A DNA stretch of 64,000 nucleotides from a virus. The translations under genes and the position numbers were made by a program. The notes below the pieces were generated by a model that searched no databases, was not told where the DNA came from, and saw only the letters and a program-made list of their open reading frames with translations. The DNA is taken from IMG/VR virus record IMGVR_UViG_3300023174_000096, positions 1-64,000 of that record, one strand, 5' to 3'. Positions 45,164-56,200 of this stretch are shown piece by piece. Numbering within the stretch: position 1 is the first letter of the stretch; the number at the start of each line of letters is the position of its first letter.

Positions 45164-45390
45164 TGGGGCGACCGAAAGGTGCCAGCCAACAGACCCTCCG
45201 GGCTATCCGCCTCCTGCGTCGGCTCGACCGGGGGGAGCGCATCTGCCTCTACCGCACGGCAGAGGAATTGGGCGTGTCGGACCGGACTCTGAGCCGAGAC
45301 ATCCGGGTGCTTCGTGAGGCCGGGGAGAAGGTCGTCCGTCGTGGGGACAAGTTCTGGATCGAAGCCAAGGCAAAGGACGTGACACCGTGA
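45163..45390 (+). CDS. HTH_11-type DNA-binding protein
   Basis: TAEELGVSDRTLSRDIRVLREAG. Confidence 0.75.
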   Translation: MGRPKGASQQTLRAIRLLRRLDRGERICLYRTAEELGVSDRTLSRDIRVLREAGEKVVRRGDKFWIEAKAKDVTP

Positions 45391-45632
45391 GCACACTGAT
45401 CGAAGAGGCCCAAGGCGTTCTCGACGCACACCTCACCCCCCACGGGGCTACGATCCGCGCCGAGGAGCGAGACACCGACTCCCTGTACGTCACGGTCGCC
45501 GTGGGCGGTAAGACCTTCGACGAAACGATCCTCGTGGCCGGGATGCCCGCCGAGGTGAAAGGTGAGTACGTCCACTGCCGCGCCCATGCGCTCGCGGCAC
45601 GGGTGCTCGCCTATATGCACCCGGTGGCATGA
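45387..45632 (+). CDS. Hypothetical protein
   Basis: Coupled ORF. Confidence 0.55.
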   Translation: MSTLIEEAQGVLDAHLTPHGATIRAEERDTDSLYVTVAVGGKTFDETILVAGMPAEVKGEYVHCRAHALAARVLAYMHPVA

Positions 45633-45768
45633 ATGAAGGCTGGACGCGAGACGAACCGACCGAGGAACCCCCCGACGAGGTCAACTTCTGGAATCTCGTG
45701 CCCCTTGTCGTAGGCGCTTGGGCGGTAGGCTATTTTGGCGTGACGTGGTTTGTGCTGTGGAGGTGACG

Positions 45769-46662
45769 ATGAGGGACATCCGCTACTGGGCCGAAAAGAT
45801 CAACCCGCTTACGGACTACGCCTTCACGCAGTTCTTGATGGGCAACCGCACGTTTGAGGAGTGCGCGCAGGAAGCCCTCGACAACGTGCTGAAGGCCGAA
45901 GATGCCAACGGGGCGAGCGCCCTTGAGGGGATCGAGTGGGCGCTTCACGAGCTTGAGGCGGACGAGGCTGCGCGCGATGAAGTGGTGGCGAAGCTGGAGG
46001 ACGTGCGGGAGATGCTGAAAGAACGCTTTCGTCCCGTGGACGGCGATGCGAAGGTCGAGTTCCCCAAGGGCGCTCCCGGCATCCTCCCAGACCACGAGAT
46101 CACCGCGCTCGCCCAAGCCGGGATGATCACCCCCTATGAGAGCTCGCAAGTCTCGAAGCGCGACGATCAACGGGTGATCTCCTACGGGGTGAGCTCTTAC
46201 GGGTACGACGCGAGGGTATCCGACGACTTCAAGGTGTTCACGAACACCTACGGCACGGTGGTGGACCCCAAGAACTTCGACGACCGCAGCTTCGTGGACG
46301 TGAAGGCCCAACTAGGCCGAGACGGGTACACCATCACCATTCCCCCCCACAGCTTCGTTCTGGGCCGCACCGTCGAACGGTTCCGCATCCCCCGGGACGT
46401 GCTGGTGGTGTGCGTCGGGAAGTCCACCTATGCCCGCTGCGGGATCATCGTGAACGTGACCCCGCTGGAGCCCGAATGGGAAGGTCACGTCACGCTTGAG
46501 TTCAGCAACACCACCCCGCTGCCCGCGAAGCTGTACGCCAACGAGGGGGCGTGCCAGTTCATCTTCTTGCGGTCTGCATCCCCCTGCCAGACCTCCTACG
46601 CCGACCGCAAGGGCAAGTACCAAGGGCAGACCGGGGTGACACCCCCGAGGATGGTGAAGTGA
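45769..46662 (+). CDS. dcd: dCTP deaminase with ~100-aa N-terminal extension
   Basis: [47 protein letters not shown]. Confidence 0.92.
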   Translation: MRDIRYWAEKINPLTDYAFTQFLMGNRTFEECAQEALDNVLKAEDANGASALEGIEWALHELEADEAARDEVVAKLEDVREMLKERFRPVDGDAKVEFPKGAPGILPDHEITALAQAGMITPYESSQVSKRDDQRVISYGVSSYGYDARVSDDFKVFTNTYGTVVDPKNFDDRSFVDVKAQLGRDGYTITIPPHSFVLGRTVERFRIPRDVLVVCVGKSTYARCGIIVNVTPLEPEWEGHVTLEFSNTTPLPAKLYANEGACQFIFLRSASPCQTSYADRKGKYQGQTGVTPPRMVK

Positions 46663-47375
46663 GCCTGTACACCGACTTCAGCGGCGTGCCGGATGGCACC
46701 TACGATGTCATCTATGCCGACCCGCCCTGGTACTACTACGGCGACGGCGACAAGTACGGTGCCGCCGGGAAGCACTACGGGCTGATGTCCGACGCTGACC
46801 TCGCAACGATGCCCGTGCGGGCGAAGTGTCGCGAACAGGCCGTGATGTTTATGTGGGCGACGTGCCCGAGGCTCGACGCCGCTTTGGACCTCATGGTCCG
46901 TTGGGGATTTCACTACCGAGGCGTGGCCTTCGTGTGGGTGAAGACCTCCGTCACCGGGCGGGTGATCCACGGGCAGGGCGTCCGCCCCACGGTGGTGAAG
47001 CCCACGACGGAGCTGGTGCTGGTGGGCAGCACGCGACCGATCAAGCGCCCGTTACCGTTGGTAGACGAAAGCGTCGGGCAGGTGATCATGGCCCCCCGCG
47101 CGCGGCATTCCGAGAAGCCCTTGGAGGCACGCCGTCGTATCGAACAACTGTTTCAGCCCGACGTGCGCCGCCTAGAGATGTTCGCCCGAGGCGGTAATGT
47201 CGCCGGGTGGGATCGCTTCGGCAACGACCTACACGACGGGGGCGTCAGCCTCGAAGGACTACTGCGAATCCATGACGGCCAAGAAGAAAGTTACCTCTCG
47301 GAAGGCATCACCGAAGAAGCCTTCGATCAAGAAGACCTCTCAAAAACGGGTCGCGAAGCGGACACCCCCGAGTAA
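46659..47375 (+). CDS. MT-A70 family N6-adenine methyltransferase
   Basis: [37 protein letters not shown]. Confidence 0.9.
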   Translation: MSLYTDFSGVPDGTYDVIYADPPWYYYGDGDKYGAAGKHYGLMSDADLATMPVRAKCREQAVMFMWATCPRLDAALDLMVRWGFHYRGVAFVWVKTSVTGRVIHGQGVRPTVVKPTTELVLVGSTRPIKRPLPLVDESVGQVIMAPRARHSEKPLEARRRIEQLFQPDVRRLEMFARGGNVAGWDRFGNDLHDGGVSLEGLLRIHDGQEESYLSEGITEEAFDQEDLSKTGREADTPE

Positions 47376-47628
47376 GTCGGCTAAACAACCCATGCCGCCC
47401 GACTTTGAGGCGAGTCTCGATGAAGATACCGTGGCCAGCCTTCGATCTGCAACCGGGCCAAGAGACTACGTCCTCCGCACGCGCGCTGGGAAGTTCTTGC
47501 ACGAGGTATCCGACCTCGTGGTCGCCAATCAGTTGGCCCGGGCGCTGGGCGTGCGGGTCAAGGTGTTCAAGCGCACCAAGGACGGAGAAGTCCTCATGTC
47601 CTACAGCGGGCCGGGGAAGTGGGACTGA
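47272..47628 (+). CDS. Hypothetical protein with basic N-terminus
   Basis: [11 protein letters not shown]...; overlaps the MTase tail. Confidence 0.55.
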   Translation: MTAKKKVTSRKASPKKPSIKKTSQKRVAKRTPPSKSAKQPMPPDFEASLDEDTVASLRSATGPRDYVLRTRAGKFLHEVSDLVVANQLARALGVRVKVFKRTKDGEVLMSYSGPGKWD

Positions 47629-47990
47629 TGTCCGAGGGGCACACCTGTTCGTGGGCGACTCCCGACGGTTGCCGCGAAAGCTGGGTAGTTCCCCGCCTGT
47701 GGGAGGCATCGAAGGGCCTCCCCGTGACCGAGGTTCGCCTCGACACCCTTGAAGAAGTCACCCTCTCCTACGGGTGGCTACGTCACTGTCGGGATGACTC
47801 GCACCCGATGGTCATAACCGAGATGGGGCGGGTGAACGACGCCGACCTCACCTACCCGATCATCCTGCACCCCGAAGGGTGGTTGATGGACGGATACCAC
47901 CGTGTGGCGCGGGCGTTGCGGGAAGGGCGGGGCACTATCCCCGCCGTGCGATTCACCTACGGGACGTTGCCCCCGCCGTCGAACGGCTAG
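47628..47990 (+). CDS. ParB/Srx-like domain protein
   Basis: ADLTYPIIL...LMDGYHRVARA. Confidence 0.7.
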   Translation: MSEGHTCSWATPDGCRESWVVPRLWEASKGLPVTEVRLDTLEEVTLSYGWLRHCRDDSHPMVITEMGRVNDADLTYPIILHPEGWLMDGYHRVARALREGRGTIPAVRFTYGTLPPPSNG

Positions 47991-48382
47991 ACGGGCTTGG
48001 GACCGTTACCGTCCCACGGCAGGGCGAACTTCCCGTCGATCATCCGCTGGTTGACGCTGACCGTCTCCCCTTGGACGCAGATGTCCGCGAGCCAGCGCCC
48101 GTACTTGTCGGCCTTGTGGGAGGTCACCCGTAAGGGCTTCCCGACGAGCATCCCCTCCAGCGCCGCCTTCGCGGCGAGGCCCACAGCCCTCGACGGACCC
48201 GTCACTTCCGGGGTGTTGATCCCCTTCAGCCGGAAGGTGACTTCAGCAGTCTTGGTGAGCGCCATCGTGTCCTTGACGTGGAAGCCGAAGTCCACGTCAA
48301 GGGTGAAGGTCTTGGCGAGACGGAGCACCACCGTGTCGCCGTCGATCACCCGCACGCACGTCCCGTCGTAACTGTAGTCCAC
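47987..48382 (-). CDS. Thermonuclease (SNase-like)
   Basis: RVIDGDT, RLKGINTPE, DKYGRWLA. Confidence 0.9.
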   Translation of the reverse strand: MDYSYDGTCVRVIDGDTVVLRLAKTFTLDVDFGFHVKDTMALTKTAEVTFRLKGINTPEVTGPSRAVGLAAKAALEGMLVGKPLRVTSHKADKYGRWLADICVQGETVSVNQRMIDGKFALPWDGNGPKPV

Positions 48383-48393
48383 TGTTCACCTGT

Positions 48394-49758
48394 TCAGTAG
48401 TCGATGTTCTCCCCCGTACCCGTACGGGAGCGAATCTGGATTCCGTTCGGCACGTTGCCCTTGTCGGTGGACATGGGGAACACGGCGTCGGGCGTGACGG
48501 ACCACGGTGCGCCCGTCTGTTTGTCGTACGTCTCGCGGTACGGGCGGTAGGGGTACCGGGTCTGCGGCCACGGGAGGTTGGGCGACGCCAGCACGATTTC
48601 CACGGGTACGTCGTACCGGATGTCGTTCGGGTCGATGTACGCGATGTTGAAGTGCTGCTGCATCACGTTGCCACGGTTCGTGGGACGGCGCACCGGGCCA
48701 ACGCTGTACCGCTCGTTGTTCTGCTTGAGGACGAAGTCGCGCATCGAGATGATGGGCGAGAAGCTCGTCCACACCTCGTAGCTGTGCTCTTTTCTCCGTC
48801 CGTTGGGCGTCTGCGAGATACGCTTCTCGGCGTCGTCCGGGGCCATCAGGATGTCGTAGGGACCCTCAAAGCCGCCAACAAATCCCGTCCCGTAGCAGAC
48901 CCGGCACCTGTTGCTGGGCTGCTTGTTGTAGGCGCGGGACTGCGGGTCGGTCTCGCTGCGGCAAGGGCAGGGCATCCCGCTGACCTTCTGGACGAAGAGC
49001 TTCACCCGCTCGCCGCCCTGTTCCAAGATCCAGCGGTTGCGGCGCATGGCCTCGCGCCAGATGTAGTCAAGCTGCTCGATCTGCATATCCGACGCGGGCA
49101 TCGTCTGATCCAACGGCGTCTCGATGTACCCCGTGGTTGATCCTTCCGCGACCGCCACCGTGGTCACCCGGTAGAAGAGCTTGCGGTCGATCATCGTGTT
49201 CGGGTAGAGCACGTTCCGGGCGGTGTAGTAGCTGACCACCACGGCGCTGTTGGGGCCGGGGAGGGGTGATTCCACGTTGCGGTCATCGCGCGGGTCGATC
49301 TCCACCTGCGTCTGGAGAGTGATTTCTCCCGTCTGGCCAAACACGGTGCCGACCCAAGCGGGCACGCCGTCGATGGTGACCAGCACGTCCTCCGGGGAGT
49401 TCGCGGGCACCCCCTGTGCGCGAGGCTTCGCGATGGGGTAGCGGGTCTTGAGGGTCCAGCGCGCCGCGTTTGGCGCGTCCCCCTTGGACTGCCACCCGCC
49501 CTCCCAAGGGATCACCTCACTGGAGACCAGCGCCACGTCGGTGAAGTCCCGGTAGAACGTCGCGCTCACCGGGTAGCTGTTCAACCGCTTGAACGGCCCC
49601 CGGTCGCTCGCCTCGCTACGGTAGACGTTCACGCCCACCACGTTGTACTCGGTGTTCGCGCCGATCAGGGATGGGTCATCCCAACGGATGTCCAGCACGC
49701 CCTTGCCGAAGGGCGACACGACCATCGTGTTCAGCGGCGGCTGCGGGTACAGGGACAT
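48394..49758 (-). CDS. Putative virion head-completion/neck protein with FN3-like N-terminus
   Basis: WDDP..GVNVYRS..YRVTTV; CPC..CRVCYGTGFVGGF. Confidence 0.55.
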   Translation of the reverse strand: MSLYPQPPLNTMVVSPFGKGVLDIRWDDPSLIGANTEYNVVGVNVYRSEASDRGPFKRLNSYPVSATFYRDFTDVALVSSEVIPWEGGWQSKGDAPNAARWTLKTRYPIAKPRAQGVPANSPEDVLVTIDGVPAWVGTVFGQTGEITLQTQVEIDPRDDRNVESPLPGPNSAVVVSYYTARNVLYPNTMIDRKLFYRVTTVAVAEGSTTGYIETPLDQTMPASDMQIEQLDYIWREAMRRNRWILEQGGERVKLFVQKVSGMPCPCRSETDPQSRAYNKQPSNRCRVCYGTGFVGGFEGPYDILMAPDDAEKRISQTPNGRRKEHSYEVWTSFSPIISMRDFVLKQNNERYSVGPVRRPTNRGNVMQQHFNIAYIDPNDIRYDVPVEIVLASPNLPWPQTRYPYRPYRETYDKQTGAPWSVTPDAVFPMSTDKGNVPNGIQIRSRTGTGENIDY

Positions 49759-49792
49759 ACCCTAGCGGGGGGATAAGGCGGGAAACGGCGGG

Positions 49793-50512
49793 TCAGTGCC
49801 AGACGGAGAACTCGTACTTGTAGTTGATCTTGTTGGCCTTGAGCCAGTCGTCGAAGTCGTCCCAAGAGATGCCCTTCAGCGCGTCCGGGCTGGCCGTGAG
49901 CATCTGGTAGAACTTCCGAGCCGCCGTGGCGGACGACGACTTGATGATGGTGTAGTGCGGGTCCGACTGCTCAAAATCGCTGTTGGGCGAGTAGGACTTG
50001 AACTCCAGCCACTCGGCCTTCACCGAGAAGTTCTTGCCGTACACCGTGATGGGCTCGACGTTCTCGGGCACCACCGAGAGGTAGTTCACGAGGTCGTCGT
50101 ACCACTTCACGCCAGAGAGGTCTCGCATCGGGTCGTACCCCGGCGTGGCGTGGGCTCGCACGTCGGCAAGCACCTTCTCGCTGGTCATCGCGCCGAAGAT
50201 CTTGTCCTTGATCGTGTCGAACGAGTCCATCGCGGAAATCTTGCCGTAGTGGCGGATGAGGTTGATGGGCATCCACGCATCGAACTTCGTGGAGAAGTAG
50301 GGGTTCCGCAACTCGGACACGCGGAGCTTGCGCTTCCCCTTGGCCGGGAGCTCCTCCAGCTTGAACTCGTAGCGGTCCCACGTCAGACGCCACCCGTCAC
50401 CGACGAGGACACCTTCCATGGCTCCCGCCGTCTTGAGGATGGGCAGGAGGTGAGGGCGAAGGGTGGGTTGTTGATGGGCCAGACGGATCAGCTTGGAACG
50501 GAGTGTTGACAT
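49793..50512 (-). CDS. Hypothetical protein with N-terminal LRPHLLP tag
   Basis: [30 protein letters not shown]. Confidence 0.75.
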   Translation of the reverse strand: MSTLRSKLIRLAHQQPTLRPHLLPILKTAGAMEGVLVGDGWRLTWDRYEFKLEELPAKGKRKLRVSELRNPYFSTKFDAWMPINLIRHYGKISAMDSFDTIKDKIFGAMTSEKVLADVRAHATPGYDPMRDLSGVKWYDDLVNYLSVVPENVEPITVYGKNFSVKAEWLEFKSYSPNSDFEQSDPHYTIIKSSSATAARKFYQMLTASPDALKGISWDDFDDWLKANKINYKYEFSVWH

Positions 50513-50555
50513 GGGCATTCCTCTCACATCTCGCAGCTATAAAGAGACCAACGAC

Positions 50556-50804
50556 GTGTGGCATGTCTACGTCCTCACCAGCACCGTCCGGGCTGTCACC
50601 TACGTCGGCTGCACCAACGACGTGGGGCGCAGGGTGCGCCAGCACAACGGAGAACTCTCTGGGGGCGCGCGGTTCACCCAACGATGGCGACCGTGGGTGC
50701 TTGGGGTGGTGTACGGGCCGTTCGACGGGCGGGGTGATGCCCAGCGGGCCGAGAGGCTGGTGAAGCGCCTACGAGGCCCCGCGCGCCTACGATGGCGGGC
50801 GTAA
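50556..50804 (+). CDS. GIY-YIG nuclease (SLX1/UPF0213-like)
   Basis: [21 protein letters not shown]...GGARFT..RPW. Confidence 0.85.
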   Translation: MWHVYVLTSTVRAVTYVGCTNDVGRRVRQHNGELSGGARFTQRWRPWVLGVVYGPFDGRGDAQRAERLVKRLRGPARLRWRA

Positions 50805-50826
50805 CTACCCGTGGAAAGGAGCACCC

Positions 50827-51324
50827 ATGATGGGCGCTTTCAACGAGGTAGACGACATGTTCCGTGGAGTTCAGTACAACAAGTTCACGAGTGGGCAGAT
50901 CCGCGAGGCGATGAACCGCAAGGTCGAGGCGGTGCGAGCGAAGATCGAGGAGCGCCGGGGCCGCATCGACAAGATCACCCGCGAGAACGAGATCACCCCC
51001 GAGGCCCTGTCCGACCTCATCGTGCAGTACTCGCAGGACCAGCGCCGGGGCGGAGGGGCCAAGATGTCCTACTCGATCCCGAACAGCAACACTTCTTCTG
51101 GCAACCGGACCAAGGAGACGGTGGTGCCCGCTGGGGTGATCGCCAACCTCGTGACCGAGAAGGAGCTCGTCACCTCCGAGACGGCAGAGGTGAAGCGCCT
51201 CGACCTCATCCTCCGCAACCTCAAGGACGACCAGCCCTTCGTGGACGAGAAGACGGGGGAGCTCCGTTCGCGCGCCGTGATCCACACGCTGGACGACGCC
51301 GAGATCGAGTATCTCGGCTTCTAG
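50827..51324 (+). CDS. Hypothetical coiled-coil protein
   Basis: SD aaggag; 165 aa. Confidence 0.75.
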   Translation: MMGAFNEVDDMFRGVQYNKFTSGQIREAMNRKVEAVRAKIEERRGRIDKITRENEITPEALSDLIVQYSQDQRRGGGAKMSYSIPNSNTSSGNRTKETVVPAGVIANLVTEKELVTSETAEVKRLDLILRNLKDDQPFVDEKTGELRSRAVIHTLDDAEIEYLGF

Positions 51325-51374
51325 CCTGTCAGTATCCTCGGCCTTCCAACGTCCAGAGGGGCGTAATGAAGACC

Positions 51375-52556
51375 ATGACCGCCGCCCTCCCCAATCCCGT
51401 GGTTCACTACGAGATGATCCGCAAAGACCCGCGCAACCCGCTGCGGGTGTTCCCCGAAGACATCAAGTCGAAGATCCTGCACGACCCCTTCAACAAGCAG
51501 GGGGACAACCCCCTGCCCGCGCAGACGGTCAGCGCCTACAGCACCACCTACAACATGATGCGGTCTACCGTCGCTTACGAGCGCGGAGGGCAGCAAGTGG
51601 TGGTGCTGGGGCCACGGATGCAGGAGGCGTTCGCCAACACCTCGCTCTCCGAGGTGAGTGCGGAGCACATCCGTTTCCCCTTCCCCTGCTTCTACCTCGC
51701 CACCCCGCAGTCCAAGCTCAAGGCGTGGGGCGGAAGTGACACCCTGTGGCACCGGGTCGAAGGTGCCTACGTCATGGAAGACCCCGCCGAGCCGGGGGTG
51801 ATGAGCGTCCTCATCTGGGGCGCGGCGAACGAGCGGTCGCAGTTTCCCACGGACGACGCGACGTTCTGGTTCTCCATGCGTCTGGGCCACGGCGGGACGG
51901 TGGACCTCGACGGCGACCTTGAGAAGCGCCTCGACTTGGCCGAGCTTCGCGAAGGCACCCTGCGGAACATCGAACTGGAGTCCGCCGTCACCCGCATGGA
52001 CCTCGACGCGCGGGTGAACGGGGTGCTGGACAACCGGGGCGCGAACATCAGTGACCGTCTCGCGAACATCCCTCAATCCGAGGAGCTCGCGCGGGAGGTC
52101 AAGGCCATAGTCAAGGCGTTCCTGCGGGTGGTGATCAACACCCTGCTGTACATCAACAGCGCGTCGTGTGAGACCAAGAGCGCCGACAACGATGGGAAGC
52201 GCCGCGAGCTAGAGACTGCGCTGGGGCGCAAGAAGCACAAGAACGGCAAGGACGCCAAGAAGCTCGCCCGCGACCTCGACGCCCTCCCCAAGTACCGGGT
52301 GACGTGGATCGGCCCGACCATCGAAACGAGCGCGGGCGGCGACACAGACCTCACGGGCACCCGCACCGTGAAGGGGCACATTCGCCGGGGCCACTGGCAT
52401 ACCTACCGGGTGGGGCCGCGAAAGACCGAGGCTGGCGAGAGGATCGACCCTGCGATGCGAAAGGCGTCGCTGAAGTGGGTCGCCCCGGTGTGGGTCGGCG
52501 GCGGGGTGCCCGAGGACAAGCCCCGCGTCTACGGGGTGCGCGAGCCCGTCACTTGA
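51375..52556 (+). CDS. Conserved phage protein with C-terminal HxRRGHW motif
   Basis: FPFPCFYL, GHIRRGHWH..WVAPVWV; start inferred from GGGCGTAA spacing. Confidence 0.7.
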   Translation: MTAALPNPVVHYEMIRKDPRNPLRVFPEDIKSKILHDPFNKQGDNPLPAQTVSAYSTTYNMMRSTVAYERGGQQVVVLGPRMQEAFANTSLSEVSAEHIRFPFPCFYLATPQSKLKAWGGSDTLWHRVEGAYVMEDPAEPGVMSVLIWGAANERSQFPTDDATFWFSMRLGHGGTVDLDGDLEKRLDLAELREGTLRNIELESAVTRMDLDARVNGVLDNRGANISDRLANIPQSEELAREVKAIVKAFLRVVINTLLYINSASCETKSADNDGKRRELETALGRKKHKNGKDAKKLARDLDALPKYRVTWIGPTIETSAGGDTDLTGTRTVKGHIRRGHWHTYRVGPRKTEAGERIDPAMRKASLKWVAPVWVGGGVPEDKPRVYGVREPVT

Positions 52557-53205
52557 TCGCGACGTAGGGGTTCTCCATGAGGTAGTAGTTCATCGGCAAC
52601 TGATAGAGGTTGCCGCCGAAGTCCAGAACAAAGTTCTGGCCCTTCACTTCCCGCACGGTCACCACGTCACCGGGGTTCAGCGTGAAACCGCTACGGTATG
52701 AGACGGGCTTCAGCATCGTCAGCAGCATCCCGGGCTTCAGCGGCTTGGCGTGTTGGACGCCCGCTTCCAGCATGACGAAGTACCGGGGGAAGTAGCTGCG
52801 GATGCTCTTCTCCAGTTGGTCGTGGCTGTCCGAAAGCCCCAGAGCGCGAGCCCACTCCGGGCGTTCGTAGAGGGGGATGCTGATCGCCACGTCCTCCTCG
52901 TACCAGTAGTAGCCGTTGGAGAACTCGGCCATCTTGGTAGCCGCAGCCGTGAGCATCTTCTGGGCTACGCCCTTCGCCACGGCCAGACCACCGTGGCCAG
53001 CCGTCCCGTACAGGCGAACTCCACGAGCCGCTTCCTTCCCGTACTGGGCAGGCCCCCAAGGGGTCCAAGGGGCAGAGCGGTCACCGTCGGGCCAACTCAA
53101 GGGGCCAGCGGCGACCTTCCCGTTGTCCAGCAGCGGGAGGAGGTGTGGGCGAAGGGCGGGCGTCTCATGTGCGAGACGAATCAGCTTGGTGCGAAGGGTG
53201 GTCAC
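52549..53205 (-). CDS. DUF7007-like protein with N-terminal LRPHLLPLL tag
   Basis: MTTLRTKLIRLAHETPALRPHLLPLL; TPWG..GTAGHGG..WYEED. Confidence 0.7.
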   Translation of the reverse strand: MTTLRTKLIRLAHETPALRPHLLPLLDNGKVAAGPLSWPDGDRSAPWTPWGPAQYGKEAARGVRLYGTAGHGGLAVAKGVAQKMLTAAATKMAEFSNGYYWYEEDVAISIPLYERPEWARALGLSDSHDQLEKSIRSYFPRYFVMLEAGVQHAKPLKPGMLLTMLKPVSYRSGFTLNPGDVVTVREVKGQNFVLDFGGNLYQLPMNYYLMENPYVAIK

Positions 53206-53248
53206 GGTGAGGTCTCCTGCTTCTTGCTTTTGATAGACCCGTTAGCGA

Positions 53249-56200
53249 TCACGGGTTGATCTCGATTCCAACGAGGCCCCGAAGGGTGTCCGTCGCCGCC
53301 GTTTCGCCGCCTCCCACGAAGTTCAGTGCCTTGCCTACCCCGCCCGCATCGTTCTTGATGATGACCTTCACCAGCACCGGGCACTTGCCCTCGCCGTTGA
53401 TGAACAGCGCGGCAGGCGAGAGATTCACCGTCACGTCCGTGTAGCGAATCTGGGACACGGTGTCCGTCGCCACGGTGGAGGTCACAAGGCACCCCGCGCC
53501 GTCGAGGGCGATGTCCTGCTTCGACGGACCCGTGCCGTCTGCCCGCCCCGCGTCCATCCACGTCGTCAGCCCCGGCACCTTCACCATCACGGCCATGCCC
53601 GTAGCACCCGGCGCGGTGAGCGCGGTGTACTGGAAGTCCGTGAGCTCCACGCCCCACAGGCGGAAGGTCACCGTGGATAGGCCCGCGTTGGCCGCGTCCG
53701 CGTCGAACGCGCGGATGTATACCCGGTCGCCCGTGAGCCCCGAGTAGTCTGGCCCTACTGGGACATAGACCGAGGTGTAGTTCGTCTGCGGGTAGATGAG
53801 CACCCCCCGCGACGGGAACGGAGAAGTCAGACCTTCCGTGTAGTCAGGGTTGCGTGCGGGGAGCCCCGCCACCTGTAGGGCGTTTCCGAGATTTCCTGCC
53901 GCGTTGACCAACACCGACTTGTGGAGGTTCTGGAAGAACCACCCGGGGTAGTTGGGGTCGCCGTTCACCGGGCGCACGGGCACAGCGATGGGTGCGGGTC
54001 CGAAGGGAAGCCCCGGCCCTTGGAGTTGGGTTGCGTCGGCGGGAAAAGTGAAGTTGAGCGGGGTCCAGTTCTCTGGGTAGCGGTAGACCTCGTCCAAGAA
54101 CCGCTCCGATACGTCCTTGGGGGCATTGAGCGTGGCCCGAGTTACGTCGTCGGGATTGCCATACGGCACCAGCGCCGCCGTGTTGTCCTCCCGCATTGAG
54201 TGGAACAACACCGCATCGCCCGTGGTATTGGCGAGGGTGAAGCCCCGTGCAGGGCCACCCGTTCCGCCCGCGTAGGGGAGGGGGTAGCCCGTGACGCCGT
54301 CCACGTTCAGCAGCCGACGCACGAACAGCCGCGCCTTGGCGTCCGTGGTGAATGCCGGGGTGACCGCATCTCCCGAGAACCGGATGGAGTTCAGCACGTT
54401 CCCCGACGCCGTGAAGTTGTAGATCAGATGGTCTGTGGGCACAGGTGCGAAGGCGTCCGCCGAGGCAAGCGCCACGTCCGCGTAGCCAAACTCGATCCGC
54501 TGGCGACGGTACTCCCCGAGCCCGTTGAAGAACACCGTGAGCGCCGAAGAGATCCCTCCCACGGCAGGGTTCTCTGTGCCCTCGTAGCTGAACGAGGAGA
54601 GGGACAGGAAGGCCAAATTCTGATTGAGCGCGTACTTCCGAGAGTCGCCCGAGAGCGTGCCTCCCGTGGGAATCACGTCGTGCGAGCGGTAGCTGTCCGC
54701 GAAGACGTTGATCACCTCAAGGTCGAGCACGTTGATCCCGAAGGCCGGGTCGTTCGCCGTCGTGCGGTCGATGGGGACGTAGTATTCGACCCCCGAGTAG
54801 AAGGTCGTGTCGCCGTTGGTGACGTAGGTCACGTCCAAGGTGACGCTGGTGGGGGTGACCGTGCCGCTGTTGTCCTCGACGATTTCCGCGCGGTTCACGG
54901 GGTTCGCCACCGACGCTTCCGGTGACGTGGAGGCCGTGATCAAGTTCTCAAGGATGTCGTAGGGGAAGGCAGAGCCCGTCCATTGCACGAGGTTCACCGA
55001 GTACAACTGGTCGCTCGTCGGCACCACGCCATCCCGCACATACGCCTCGAAGTACGCTTCCTTCTTGAAGTGAACGAGGGCGTAGCTGTCGTCGGTGCGA
55101 GTGATTGCCGCCCCCGTCGCCAGCACGAAGCGGTGACGGTAGCGGGCGATCTGGAAGGCCCAGAAGTCCGCCGTGAAGTCGTCGTAGTCCCCAGCGGGGT
55201 CGAGCGTGACCACGCTGGCCGGGGCGATGGGCGTCGTGAACCGCCCCTTCTCAGCCGTGGGCGTGTAGATCAAGCCCGTCGTTGCCGAGTAGTCCTTGAG
55301 GTAGGGGAGGCGGTACGCGAAGAAGTTGCTCGCTGTGCCACCGCCAACATTGAACGAGAAACCCGGCAGCGGGACCACTGACCCAATCGCGTTCGCCGTC
55401 GCGCCGAAGATGGGCAGACCACCCGGTGCCGTCCCGGGAGAGAAACCCACCGCTGCGGGGTCCGTGAGCAGTCGCACCTGCCCCGCTGCGGGGTTGAAGA
55501 AGGGGTCTTCACCACCAATGCTGACCGTGGCCCCGAGGTGGATCTCGTCGAGGTTGTACTGCCCCGCCGCGCGACCCGGGAAGTTGTACGGGCTGATGAT
55601 CGCGTCCACCCCGCCCGCGCCGTTGACCAGCGTGTACGCACCGGGCGGGGCGGTGTCCGACAGGGAGATCGAGTTGCCCACGGTCCCCGTCGCAACGGGA
55701 ATGATCTTCACGGTGCCGCCACCTGTGGGGATGGCCACGAGGAGGGTCGGGAAGTACAGGTTGTTGAGGGCGACCGCGAGGCTCTCCGACGTGAAGACGT
55801 TCGATCCGAGAACTTGGAACTCGTAGGGGGTCGTCGGCGCGGCGACGGTCGCCGTGAAGGTCACGAGCCCGGGCGGTCCACCGGGAAGCCCCGTCAGATC
55901 GAGGGTGATGGTATACGGCGGAGCGGGGTTGGTGTTGTTCGTGATCAACGCCGAAGCGCGGGTGCCCCCCGAGGCTTCGACGAAGACCCCACCGGGCTCG
56001 CCGTCGCACCCGTTGTCGAGCACCCCCTTGCCGAGCAGAAGCGCCGCCACACAGCGGGCCTGAATGTCCGCGACGGACGCAGCGGGTCCGAAGTCAGGTT
56101 CGGTACCCGTGGGCCACTTCACCAGCGCGAGCACCCCACGGTCGGCGGGGGATACGATGCCCGACACCACCGCGTGAGGGTCCGCGATGGAGGTGAAAAT

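Noticed and set aside
50811-51365. N-terminal 185 aa of the 581-aa ORF 50811-52556
   Set aside because: Overlaps the well-formed 50827-51324 gene; the real start is likely 51366/51375
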